Positions 11,384 through 23,571 of a stretch of 64,000 bases of DNA are shown one piece after another; the stretch's first letter is position 1; every line of letters begins with the position of its first letter. The translations under genes were made by a program, and so were the position numbers. Origin of the DNA: Macrostomum lignano (taxonomy: Eukaryota); the NCBI GenBank assembly GCA_002269645.1, contig NIVC01001157.1, positions 124,001 to 188,000 of the forward strand, given 5' to 3'. The notes beneath the pieces are model-generated. The model was not told the origin of the DNA. It made no database searches and was given only the letters and a program-made list of their open reading frames with translations.

Positions 11384-13752
11384 TCACTGCTTCAACACCC
11401 CAACAATATCGGAGTAGATCGGATTCAATCGCTCCTCTTCATCAGCAGCCGCCGAAGCCAGGGTCAGATTGCCAGTCGAGGCGGAGGCCGCAGCAGAAGC
11501 CTGATAGGCGCCGTTCCGGGTTAACAGCTGCGATCGAGGCCGCGGTGCCGAGGACGGTGGGGCGACTGACTGATGAAGCCGCTGCTGCTGCAAAGGTGGC
11601 GGCCCGGCCGGCTTGCTGAGGCTCTCAATATCCAGCACCGCATAGAGACCAGTCTGGGGGTCGTCTCCGTACAGCTCCCCCTCTTCATCAGGATTAGCAT
11701 TGGGTTGCTGAGGCTGCTGAGGAGGAGGCGGCAGCTTAGCATGCATCCGAATCGATTCCGGCACCTCGTCTGGATCGATGTACAAATTCTCGTCCGAATC
11801 GGCGCCGCGCAGGTTATGGGTCTGCTGATGGCCAGCCCAGGACTGCATGTACTCGGCGTTCACGGCTGCCGCGGTGCCATTGCCGCGCTGGTGAGAGTTG
11901 AGGTGAGATAAAACACATTAATGTGGGACACTTGGCTATTGTTGAAATGTAGCAAGCTGTGTCAGTTCAACTGGGATCTGTGTCAGTTCAACTGAGATCT
12001 GTGTCAGTTCAACTGGGATCTGTGTCAGTTCAACTGGGATCTGTGTCAGTTCAACTGAGATCTGTGCCAGTTCAACTGGGATCTGTGTCAGTTCAACTGG
12101 GATCTGTGTCAGTTCAACTGGGATCTGTGTCAGTTCAACTGGGATCTGTGTCAGTTTAACACATGTGTCAGTTCAAATGAGATGTGTCAATTTAGCTGAG
12201 ATGTGTCAGTTACACTGGGATCTGTGTCAGTTCAACTGGGATCTGTGTCAGTTCAACTGGGATCTGTGTCAGTTTAACACCTGTGTCAGTTCAACTGAGA
12301 TGTGTCAGTTTAGCTGAGATGTGTCAGTTCAACTGGGATCTGTGTCAGTTCAACTGGGATGTGTCAGTTCAGCTGAAACCTGTGTCAGTTCAACTGAGAT
12401 GTGTCAGTTCAGCTGGAACCTGTGTCAGTTCTTAACTGAGATGTGTCAGTTCAGCTGGAACCTGTGTCAGTTCTCAACTGAGATGTGTCAGTTCAGCTGG
12501 AACCTGTGTCAGTTCTCAACTGAGATGTGTCAGTTCAGCTGGAACCTCTGTCAGTTCAACTGAGATGTGTCAGTTCAGCTGGAACCTGTGTCAGTTCTCA
12601 ACTGAGATGTGTCAGTTCAGCTGGAACCTGTGTCAGTTCAACTGAGATGTGTCAGTTCAGCTGGAACCTGTGTCAGTTCAACTAACACCTGCGTCAAGGC
12701 CCCAAAAGCATTTCCTAGCACTGAAATCGGTACATGTAGCATTTCACTGCCAAAGGTCAAGCCAGTATTTAAAATGAAACTTTTACAACAATAACCAACC
12801 ATCAAGAGTCACCTCCGAAATGCTTGATTTAAAAGGCTTTTTAAAGGTCTTTTTATGCTTGGTTTCAAATTGGTACCAATGGTACATTCTATATTGTGCG
12901 GGCAACGAAGTCAGTGTTAGCGAACTTAAACAGGTAACAGGTTAACCGGCAGGTTGTGCGCAACAAAATCAGTCTGTAGAACCTATTTTAGTTTTATTTA
13001 TCAACTTAGTCAAAATCTAACTTTCGAAAGAGTTTAAAAATGTAGTATAGTAAGACAAAACGTACTCGGTGCGCCTGACTCTTGAGATAGGTAAGAATAC
13101 GGAGCTGAGAGTGAGAAGGGATGGGTGGTTGGGGTGAGATAAGAATAAAGGTGTACTGGGAGCCTACGTTGAGATGGTGAGATAAGGGTGAGATGATGAG
13201 ATAAGGGTGAGATGATGAGATAAGGGTGAGATGATGAGAAAAGGGTGAGATGGTGAGATAAGTGTAAGATGGTGAGATAAGGGTGAGATGATGAGATAAG
13301 GGTGAGATGATGAGATAAGGGTGAGATGGTGAGATAAGTGTAAGATGATGAGATAAGGGTGAGATGATGAGATAAGGGTGAGATGATGAGATAAGGGTAA
13401 GATGATGAGAAAAGGGTGAGATGGTGAGATAAGTGTAAGATGGTGAGATAAGGGTGAGATGATGAGATAAGGGTGAGATGATGAGATAAGGGTGAGATGA
13501 TGAGATAAGGGTGAGGTGGTGAGATAAGTGTAAGATAGTGAGATAAGGGTGAGATAATGAGATAAGGGTGAGATGGTGATTTAAGGGTGAAATGGTGAGA
13601 AAAGATTGAGAAAGGTGATAAAGATGAGATTAGAGATAAGGGTGAGATGTTAGATAATAAGATATACGGGGATGAAAGCTCTCAAAGCACCCCGCCCCTT
13701 CATCACTCACCCTAGGTCGCCATTTGCCATTGCGAAAACAGCAGCAGAGCAT
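11384..13752 (-). CDS. Uncharacterised ~181-aa protein with N-terminal Cys-Cys-Cys and multiple Tyr motifs, copy B
   Basis: Exon 13752..13711 MLCCCFRNGKWRPR (donor GTGAGT; upstream in-frame stop; strong acceptor at 13849) joins in phase 0 to exon 11887..11384 (acceptor CTCTCACCAG): RGNGTAAAVNAEYMQS...GLYAVLDIESLSKP...NPIYSDIVGVLKQ*. Confidence 0.68.
11958..12685 (+). repeat. ~20-21-bp minisatellite (TGTGTCAGTTCAACTGGGATC and variants)
   Basis: Direct tandem repetition in the intron of copy B. Confidence 0.93.
13170..13655 (+). repeat. 19-bp purine-rich minisatellite (GAGATAAGGGTGAGATGAT)
   Basis: Direct tandem repetition. Confidence 0.92.
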
Positions 13753-14507
13753 GTTGGCTTTGCTCGTCAGCGATTTTTTTTCTTTTTCTTTCAAGCCAGC
13801 CAAAATCGACACAATTTGAGCAAATTTAAAGCTTTTTTAAAAAGCTTTCTGTAAACAACGAACAAGAAGACATGAATTAAAGAATTTTAATTGCGACCAG
13901 TGACAAGCAAACCCTTCCTGTAGCTCGACAACCAACACTGTTTATACATGAAAAAGCAGTCACATTTGACAGTAAATAATTTACGATGACTGCTAAAAGT
14001 TTACGCAGGAATTCTACATCTAGATATTATTCGAAATCTACAATGTAAACAATTAGTCTAGGGGGTTGAAATGGACACAAGACATGAACTAGAGTATCAA
14101 GTCCTATTGAAGGCCTGTGATCAACAAATTCAGAGCTGGTGCGGACACATGTGGTCAACATGCTGATGAAATTTGGAGGCTTGGCAAGGCTGCACTGAAG
14201 CGCAGTGCTGATTGGCGCTTATGGAAAAAATCCGACCTTTCCAAAACATCTGGGGCAGGTCTCAGGCATCTACCCTGCAGTCCTAGCCAGTCACCATGTA
14301 CTATGATGCTGCCCTCTCTAAAGGGTTGGCCAACTTGACTACTTAGACAGGTGGTTGTACTGGTTTTCTAGTAGTTTCTATGCTGTAAAACTAGCTAATA
14401 TGCTACCTAGATGGTAGGCCAATATAGGCTTGAGCATTAGCTCAATGTCTTTGTAAGACCTTTTGGAATATCACTTACAAAATAGACAAATGATGACTTA
14501 TTATCTA

Positions 14508-15461
14508 CGAGGGGCATTCAAAAAGTTTTGGCAACAGGCGACTAAAATCTAGTGGAAGCTTATTATTCTAAAAGTAAGGGTTTACAGTCCTTCTATGTAG
14601 TCTCCGCCTCGCTCTATGCACTTCTGATGCCTCCGTATCCACGAACCAAAGGCGCCACGGTACTCCGATTCAGTGAATGCCCTCAACTCTGAATTGATAG
14701 CGCGGGCCAGGTCTTGCGGCCTCTGAAATCGGCGCCCAGCCAGCCTCTCCGTCAATTTCGGGAAGGCCCAGAAGTCGCACGGAGCTAAGTCCGATGTGAC
14801 GATGTCAGAGAGGCGCTTGGTGCCGCCAGAACCAAAGCAGTGCAAGAACTCCTGACTGCAGCGAACCCGCTCCTGGCGCTGCTCCTCAGTGAGCTGATGC
14901 GGCACCCAACGAGCTGTGATTTTTCTGAGACCCAACTGATCATGCAGGATGGTGAAAACTCTGCTATCAGATATGCCAAGTGTCTGGCTCAGCATGGCAA
15001 CAGAAATGTTTGGGTCCTCAGCCACCAGCGATTGCACAGCGTCAATGTTGCTCTTGGTCACGGCTGTGCTCGGCCTCCCAGATCGAGGGTTGTCACTGAG
15101 GCTGCTCCTGCCGGCGCCAAAAGCCTCAATCCATCGCGCAACAGTTCTATAAGATGGAGCTTGATCCCCTATCACCTGTGCTAAGTCGGCATGAATTTTG
15201 GTGGCGTTTTCTCCAAGTTGTACGCGCATGAAGATGTAGAAGCGCGCATTTTCTGAGCTGATATTTTCCATATTATGTCAGAAGCTGAAACTTAGTTATG
15301 GTTAGCTGTGAATTGTGCAATAACGGGTGAAGCTATTGAGCTGAAAGTTTATACGTTGGTATCAGGCATGTTACTAAAGACATCCCTAAAATTTAGTGCA
15401 TTTTGCTTGAGCCAAAGTATATCTGCATATGCAGTTGCCAAAACTTTTTGAATGCCCCTCG
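14508..15461 (-). mobile_element. Mariner (Tc1/mariner) element, internally deleted, 954 bp
   Basis: Perfect 28-bp TIRs CGAGGGGCATTCAAAAAGTTTTGGCAAC (14508-14535) and its reverse complement (15434-15461); TA target duplication at 14506-7 and 15462-3; transposase ORF inside. Confidence 0.96.
14582..15271 (-). CDS. Truncated mariner transposase (229 aa): HTH domains and WVPHQL linker present, most of the DD34D core missing
   Basis: Open ORF with YRTVARW..F..GR.SL.D.PRSGRP, WVPHQL and DLAPCDFWAF; DIVT is fused directly to SDLAPCDF, so the GDETW and HDNA segments are absent. Confidence 0.9.
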   Translation of the reverse strand: MENISSENARFYIFMRVQLGENATKIHADLAQVIGDQAPSYRTVARWIEAFGAGRSSLSDNPRSGRPSTAVTKSNIDAVQSLVAEDPNISVAMLSQTLGISDSRVFTILHDQLGLRKITARWVPHQLTEEQRQERVRCSQEFLHCFGSGGTKRLSDIVTSDLAPCDFWAFPKLTERLAGRRFQRPQDLARAINSELRAFTESEYRGAFGSWIRRHQKCIERGGDYIEGL

Positions 15462-18408
15462 TAATTAGTCTGCCCATACATGCGCAACACCCAGCTGACC
15501 TGAATGACCCAGCTGGCTGGCAAGGGGCCCTAGCCAAACTCACAAAATACCCGCCCAAAAATAAATATGTAGTACTAATTAGGCATTTTATCCCTAATAA
15601 TATAGTGATAGTTACTCCTGCCATTTACCCCCCCCCCCACCCCAGAATTGTGTTAATTTTTGCTTTAGGGTTTCTTTCATAGGTAAGTAGAATTATAGTG
15701 TAAATCAGGGAGGTTGCGCATGTATGTGTCTGATCCAGTGCTCTAGTATGCAGCAGGGCATTAATGTTCCATGGCTCTGATAAGGCTTCATTGCAAATTG
15801 GCAACACAATTGATACCCTAGCCACTAGACAGAGATGGTATAGACTTTGAAGATTCATCATAACTAATTATTTCAGATTTCTTATGAACCTAGCATTACT
15901 AAAGATTAGTGTGCTAGCCACCATATAGGCCATTAGAATTACATGTATGTATCTATAGGCTACACGCAGGATTATATCATTTGTGCCAGAAATTTCTAGT
16001 GCACTTTTGTGATAGCTAGTGCACACTTGGTCCACAATTTCTTTTTTAAGTCTTGTGGTGTACATATGACTGAATTTTGGAATACAGCATACATTAATGG
16101 CACATAGGCACTAACTCTAGACCCAGAAGAGGCTGCACCATGCTAATATTATTGTTTGTAAAAGCACAGAAAATCACATTTAGGTTATGAAAGGTTTGGT
16201 ATTCTAAAAACATTTAATAAGAAAATTTGTACAGTATAAAGTCATAAGTACTAGTATATAGTTTAACAATGCTTTTGTAAATATATTTATATAGCATAAA
16301 AGCTTTATAAATGTTTATGTTAATGCTGGAATAAGCTAAGGGCTAAGAGATTTTGGACAACTGCTGACACACTTAGCACACTAGTATATTTTGCCTATTG
16401 TACCTGGTATACAATTGAAAATATTTTGGATAACTTCTAGTATTTATATAACATGATCCTAACTATAGCCTATAGTAGGTATACCAATGCACGTGCACAT
16501 TTGCTTGCATTTGCCTAATTTTCTTAGGTATGCTAGATGCCAGATGCAATTACAAAACTAAGACTTATTCTAATATAGCATTTTTTTATAGTAATTATAT
16601 TCATTAGGCAAAAATAATACACATTAAATTAAAAATTTGTTTAAATGCTTTATTATAAACCTAAAAATCAGAAAGCTTGCAATTTACTTTTTAAAATGAA
16701 CTTCTCAATCTTTCTTCTACTTAACAAAATGTCTAGGCCTATTGTATGATTCTATAAAGTGCATGCAAAGTATATATATTTACACTTTTGTGCATTTAAT
16801 TTTTTGGCATTTATTTGTAGGTCTAATTAATAATTATTCAATTTTTTGGGAACACCTAGCCAATGTGAAATTCATCTAAAGAATATGTTTCACACAGAAA
16901 GTAAAAAATTAAATGCGTATACATAAAAAGTTTATCTAATTTTTTTGGCTTTAAAGGAGCCTTAGTAAAGTAATGTTGGCAATAAATAAAGTTACCATTG
17001 CTATATTTAAATCGAACAATATACACTTTTCTGGCAAAAATATTGATTGTTCTATATGACCTTTCTTGGTCAATTTTTTGTTTCGCATGCTTGATATATG
17101 AAGCATACCCTGGGCCATAGTCCAGATCATGCTAGGTGCACGCAAAAATAAAATCAAGTAGTTACAAATGCATGCCAAAAAAATTTTGTGCACACCTATT
17201 CTTAAAACTACGCCAGTGTTGTAATAATAAATGACTTTTTACACTGACAAAATGACATTTTTTGAATTGCATAATAGACCCTTGTTGGCATTTGGCAAAT
17301 AATTTGGTTAATTTTTCTGTTTTTCAAGCAAAGTTGATACAAGCAAAGACATTTTTAAATGCTTTGTTACAAGCTTAAAAAACCTGGAAAAGCTTAAAAT
17401 TTACACTTAGAAATGAACTTTCATCTTTTTTCTACTTCACAATAACTTTTATTTGTTATTCTATAAAGTGTATATTAAGTGTGCATGCATACTTTTTTCT
17501 TAGGAATGATGCATGCCAACTATGCATGCAGCATGCCTACTTTTAGGATATATGGCCAATGCACACTCAAATTTTCAGACATATACTACATGAGCCAGAG
17601 TATGGACCCCCTCCCCCTAGGCACCAGGCATGATCTATAAGATGGCCCTATGCAGCCTGAGCCTGGTTTATTCAGAAATAGAAAGATCTTAAAAACTAGC
17701 CCATAGGGGTCTATATAGGTACATGACCAAGATGGCTATATACCAAGATGGCTATAGCTCTAAATCTAAATGTATTTTGTATGAATAGATAATAATAAGC
17801 CTATGTATATATATGCACTCATTTCTTGTTGGTATTAATTTGTATTAGATATATTATATCATAGCCTACTATAGATCTTTAAGTCTTGGGGAAATGGATG
17901 CTATAATAGAATAGAATTATTTTAAATTAAGAACATTCCCTTTGGCTTTAGCTAAATTATTATAGCCTGACCTATATTTATCTACTACATACATAAAGCA
18001 AGTAACCTAGCACAAAATAAATACCTTATTGCATATATATCATATTTTCTATAGCATTACTACTAGCAATGGTTTCCTGATAAACTATAATAGGGTCTAC
18101 TACTACTAGTGATGGATCTGATAGGTCTAGATGCAATAAATTGGCATAAACATAGAAAAAGATTGAAGTTTTGTATTATGGATAATAAGTTTCAATTCTA
18201 TTATTGTAGCCTACCTGAGCCCACCATTAGTATTTATAGGGCCTAAATATTAATATGATTGATTAAACATTTGTTAATATTACAATAACTATTAAGTTGC
18301 TAATTAATAGTACAAAGAGAAAGAGTAGATATAATAGAGATTCAATGTTGTGGCCATCTTGGTCTTCCAAGTCTAAAATCTAAAGCCAAAGGGAATGAAT
18401 TTAATACA

Positions 18409-18486
18409 ATTCGCGCCGAACCTTATTAATCGCGCATTCGCGCCACGCCATATTGCCTCATTTTCGGCATGGCGAGAATTCGCGCC
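18409..18486. promoter_or_regulatory. Cluster of three ATTCGCGCC motifs (E2F-like) upstream of U2AF1
   Basis: ATTCGCGCC at 18409, 18436 and 18478 in otherwise AT-rich, CpG-poor DNA about 0.5 kb from the U2AF1 ATG. Confidence 0.35.
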
Positions 18487-18994
18487 AGAGTGGGAACACT
18501 GAATATGTCATTGTGTTTCTTTCTAACGTGAAAAAATGATAGGATAATTTGGTATAATGATAGGTCTGGGACGATCTAGGTCTAGGATGTCTGAAATCTA
18601 AAATGATATAGTTTACGCGCGCGTTTTAGTTGTCGGTGACAGTGACCGTATTGAAATTTTGAATAATTAAAAGCAATAGTGCCTTCACTGCTTTTAATTA
18701 AAATTTGCTGCGTTTTTGAATAGTTTTTCGTAAAAATTTAAATTCTAGCTAATTAGAATTAAAAGCTATATTCTTTTAAAAGCCATTGCACTTTTGTTTT
18801 AGAAAGCATCAATGTTTAAGATTTTTAAATTCTTAAAGAAATTTCCAGAAACTCAAAATTTGTCGTCGGACGTCGTAAATATTCGAGTCAAAAAATCTTA
18901 AATTTGTATTGAAATCGACTAGCCTGTATCTATTTTCGGTGAAAAACTATCATATATATTTTTACTGACTAGACCTAATCTAGCAGACCTGTAG

Positions 18995-21900
18995 ATGGCG
19001 GAGTACTTGGCTTCAATTTTCGGAACTGAGAAGGACAAGTAAGTATTAAGTGGCTTTTGCCCTAAAAATTCTAACATGGGTCTACACAAGGTCTCTGAAT
19101 TGTGATGCATTCGGTGCACAACTGTGGCACATACTGACGTTCCTGGTGCATGCAGCGCAACTTTTTTGGCAAATTTGTTGTAACCATAGTCAGGAAACCT
19201 TTGCCACAGAAAAATAAATTCTAGCACACACAAGGGCCCTATTGCACAGTTGCACTTGGTACACAATCGTCAATAATGACATACAAGGGATCCCTTATGC
19301 TTTCAAAGTGCATTATGGAATCTGGAATTATAGAATATTTCTCAAAAGACAACCTGTTATAAAATGGCTAGCTTGACTTTGTTGCAAAGAGCCTTCAAGT
19401 AGGCCTATGCAGATATAGTAGGATAGGAAATCATTGATGTCCATTCTAATAACCCCTAGCAACCATGGGCAGTTGGTATTGCAGTGTTACATAGAAAGAT
19501 ATAGTAGTGCCAATGATAGTCTTTGCAGTGCAGCCCCTTTTCTAGTAGTGCCTAAATTATAATTAAGCTGGCAGAAATTCTTAGTCCTAAAAAAAGTCAG
19601 AAAGTCTGTTTATTTCAAGGCTATCTTAGTATAATTTTAATAGTATTATTTTTATCTTGACACCTAATTATATTATTTTAAATGAACCCTTGACCAAAAG
19701 CAACCTATTATTATAAAAATGTCTTCACATAAATGTTATATGGGCTATAAGGTATATAGAGAAATCAAACATTTGAAAATGCAAGTTAGATTAACAAAAA
19801 ATAATTATGTGCTTTATGACAAATTTGCCAAAAAGATATGGCATGTGCATTAGGAACCCCTTGCATGCATTAGATTTTAGTTAAGGTGGAAGGTAACCAA
19901 GGTAGGTGAGCCTGTCTAGAGTTAAGATGGGACATGTAACAATGAAGTGCTCTGCATTCTCAACATCCAGAGAAGCAAAATAGGCATTCCTCAGTGACTA
20001 TAGATTTTTCCCCAGAGGTAGCAATGCTTTGCAAAACAGCCATGATGGTCTGAGACTGGCTAGATCTTGCATAAAAGCTTCTTCACTGATATAGGTTGTA
20101 CAATATCCAAAAATAATTTTTTTATTCATTTTAGAGTGAACTGCTCCTTCTTCTACAAAATTGGTGCTTGCCGGCATGGTGAGCAGTGCTCCCGATTGCA
20201 CAATAAACCAACATTTAGCCAAACTGTTGTGTTGCAAAATTTGTACATTGCGCCAGCTAACACTGCCCAGACTGCTGATGGCTCGCATAGTAAGTTTTAT
20301 TGATTATTTAAATTTGTTTTAAAAATGTAAGTAATGTTTTGGAATCTGTCAGGTTGTGGGATTTGGGATCTGCAATGTGTCACAATGTAGGATTTGAGAT
20401 CTGTCAGATTATGTGAGTTGGGATCCAAGATCTGTCAGGTTGTGGAATTTTGGATCTGAGATCTGTCAGGTTGTGGGATTTGGGATCCGAGATCTGTCAG
20501 GTTGTGTGACTTGGGATCCGAGATCTGTCAGGTTGTGGAATTTTGGATCTGAGATCTGTCAGGTTGTGTGAGTTGGGATCCGAGATCTGTCAGGTTGTGT
20601 GAGTTGGGATCCCAGATCTGTCGGGTTGTGGGATTTTGGATCTGAGATCTGTCAGGTTGTGGGATTTGGGATCCGGGATCTGTCAGGTTGTGTGAGTTGG
20701 GATCCGAGATCTGTCGGGTTGTGGGATTTTGGATCTGAGATCTGTCAGGTTGTGGAATTTTGGATCTGAGATCTGTCAGGTTGTGGGATTTAGAATCTGA
20801 GATCTGTCAGGTTGTGTGAGTTGGGATCCGAGATCTGTCGGGTTGTGGGATTTTGGATCTGAGATCTGTCAGGTTGTGGAATTTTGGATCTGAGATCTGT
20901 CAGGTTGTGTGAGTTGGGATCCGAGATCTGTCAGGTTGTGTGAGTTGGGATCCGAGATCTGTCAGGTTGTGGGATTTGGGATCCGAGATCTGTCAGGTTG
21001 TGTGAGTTGGGATCCGAGATCTGTCAGGTTGTGGGATTTGGGATCTGAGATCTGTCAGGTTGTGTGAGTTGGGATCCGAGATCTGTCAGGTTGTGGGATT
21101 TGGGATCTGAGATCTGTCAGGTTGTGGGATTTGGGATCCGAGATCTGTCAGGTTGTGTGAGTTGGGATCCGAGATCTGTCAGGTTGTGGGATTTGGGATC
21201 CGAGATCTGTCAGGTTGTGTGAGTTGGGATCCGAGATCTGTCAGGTTGTGGGATTTTGGATCTGAGATCTGTCAGGTTGTGTGAGTTGGGATCCGAGATC
21301 TGTCAGGTTGTGTGAGTTGGGATCCGAGATCTGTCAGGTTGTGTGAGTTGGGATCCGAGATCTGTCAGGTTGTGTGAGTTGGGTTCTGAGATCTGTCAGG
21401 TTGTGTGAGTTGGGATCTGAGATCTGTCAGGTTGTGGGATTTGGGATCTGCAATGTGTCACAATGTAGGATTTGAGATCTGTCAGATTATGAGTTGGGAT
21501 CCAAGATCTGTCAGGTTGTGTGAGCTGGGATCTGAGATCTGTCAGGTTGTGTGAGTTGGGATCTGAGATCTGTCAGGTTGTGGGATTTTGGATCTGAGAT
21601 CTGTCAGGTTGTGGGATTTTGGGATCTGAGATCTGTCAGATTGTGTGAGTTGGGATCTGAGATCTGTCAGATTGTGTGAGTTGGGATCCGAGATCTGTCA
21701 GGTTGTGGGATTTGGGATCTGAGATCTGTCAGGTTGTGTGAGTTGGGATCCGAGATCTGTCAGGTTGTGGGATTTGGGATCTGAGATCTGTCAGGTTGTG
21801 GGATTTGGGATCCGAGATCTGTCAGGTTGTGTGAGTTGGGATCCGAGATCTGTCAGGTTGTGGGATTTGGGATCCGAGATCTGTCAGGTTGTGTGAGTTG

Positions 21901-23571
21901 GGATCCGAGATCTGTCAGGTTGTGGGATTTTGGATCTGAGATCTGTCAGGTTGTGTGAGTTGGGATCCGAGATCTGTCAGGTTGTGTGAGTTGGGATCCG
22001 AGATCTGTCAGGTTGTGTGAGTTGGGATCCGAGATCTGTCAGGTTGTGTGAGTTGGGTTCTGAGATCTGTCAGGTTGTGTGAGTTGGGATCTGAGATCTG
22101 TCAGGTTGTGGGATTTGGGATCTGCAATGTGTCACAATGTAGGATTTGAGATCTGTCAGATTATGAGTTGGGATCCAAGATCTGTCAGGTTGTGTGAGCT
22201 GGGATCTGAGATCTGTCAGGTTGTGTGAGTTGGGATCTGAGATCTGTCAGGTTGTGTGAGTTGGGATCCGAGATCTGTCAGGTTGTGGGATTTTGGGATC
22301 TGAGATCTGTCAGATTGTGTGAGTTGGGATCTGAGATCTGTCAGATTGTGTGAGTTGGGATCTGAGATCTGTCAGATTGTGTGAGTTGGGATCTGAGATC
22401 TGTCAGGTTGTGTGAGTTGGGATCTGAGATCTGTCAGGTTGTGGGATTTGGGATCTGAGATCTGTCAGGTTGTGGGATTTGGGATCTGAGATCTGTCAGG
22501 TTGTGGGATTTGGGATCTGAGATCTGTCAGGGTATGGGATTTGGGATCTGAGATGTGAATATATTTAGATTCCAGGTCTGTATTGAGCTCATCATGCTCT
22601 CCGCAACAGCAATAAATCATATTTGCATCCCAATACCTTCTCGTCCCGCATATTTCCAGTCACCACCAGCGAAGTCGAACAGCAGCAGTTTTTTGACGAT
22701 TTCTTTGAAGAAGTGTTCGTTGAAGCCGAAGAGAAATACGGAGAAATCGAAGAGATGAACGTGTGCGACAATCTCGGCGACCATCTGGTTGGCAATGTCT
22801 ATGTCAAGTTCCGGTTTGAGGAGGACGCCGATAAGGCCGTTCAGGTGAGTTGTTGGTATTTTTTATGAACTTGTGTGAAGCTTCGAGCTTCTGTGAAGCC
22901 TCAAGCTTGTGTGACACTTCGAGCTTCTGTGAAGCTTCGAGCTTCTGTGAAGCTTCGAGCTTCTGTGAAGCTTCGAGCTTCTGTGAAGCTTCGAGCTTCT
23001 GTGAAGCTTCGAGCTTCTGTGAAGCTTCGAGCTTCTGTGAAGCTTCAAGCTTGTGTGACACTTCGAGCTTCTGTGAAGCTTCGAGCTTCTGTGAAGCTTC
23101 GAGCTTCTGTGAAGCTTCGAGCTTCTGTGAAGCTTCGAGCTTCTGTGAAGCTTCGAGCTTCTGTGACACTTCGAGCTTCTGTGAAGCTTCGAGCTTGTGT
23201 GAAGCTTCGAGCTTGTGTGAAGCTTCGAGTTTTAAAACCACCCCATCCGCTTGTCGATGCCATCGCAGGACCTGAACAACCGCTGGTTCGGCGGCCGCCC
23301 AGTTCACGCTGAGCTGACTCCGGTGACCGACTTTCGCGAGGCCTGCTGCCGCCAATACGAGATGGGCGAGTGCACCCGCGGCGGCTTCTGCAATTTCATG
23401 CACCTCAAGCCGATCTCGCGCGACCTGCGCCGCAGGCTGTACAATCGCAGCCGGCGCAAGCACAACGCCGGCTCTGGCGTCGGCTCCAGGCGATCTCGCA
23501 GTCGCAGCCGTGAGAAATGGGAACGCGAGCAGCGAGAGAAACGGCGCAGACGGGATCGGGACCGGCACTGA
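18995..23571 (+). CDS. U2AF1: Splicing factor U2AF 35-kDa subunit (228 aa)
   Basis: Exons 18995..19038 ([15 protein letters not shown]), 20135..20289 ([30 protein letters not shown]), 22660..22844 (FFEEVF...[25 protein letters not shown]), 23269..23571 ([29 protein letters not shown] plus RS tail). All GT-AG, total 687 nt in frame. Confidence 0.98.
20340..22555 (+). repeat. 31-bp minisatellite (GAGATCTGTCAGGTTGTGTGAGTTGGGATCC) filling U2AF1 intron 2
   Basis: Direct tandem repetition; the variant block CAATGTGTCACAATGTAGG recurs at 20373, 21451 and 22125. Confidence 0.96.
22866..23228 (+). repeat. 18-bp hairpin minisatellite (GAAGCTTCGAGCTTCTGT) filling U2AF1 intron 3
   Basis: Direct tandem repetition; unit contains GAAGCT-TCG-AGCTTC. 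Confidence 0.96.

Noticed and set aside
14230-14380. Minus-strand FREGSIIVH resembling a SEA-domain cleavage motif
   Set aside because: Flanked by in-frame stops, with no convincing exon chain; the copy B first exon has an upstream in-frame stop, so it cannot join.
15966-17131. Phase-compatible minus-strand mini-exons 17131..17061 and 16069..15966
   Set aside because: No recognisable homology, AT-rich codon usage unlike real exons here, weak donors; likely chance.
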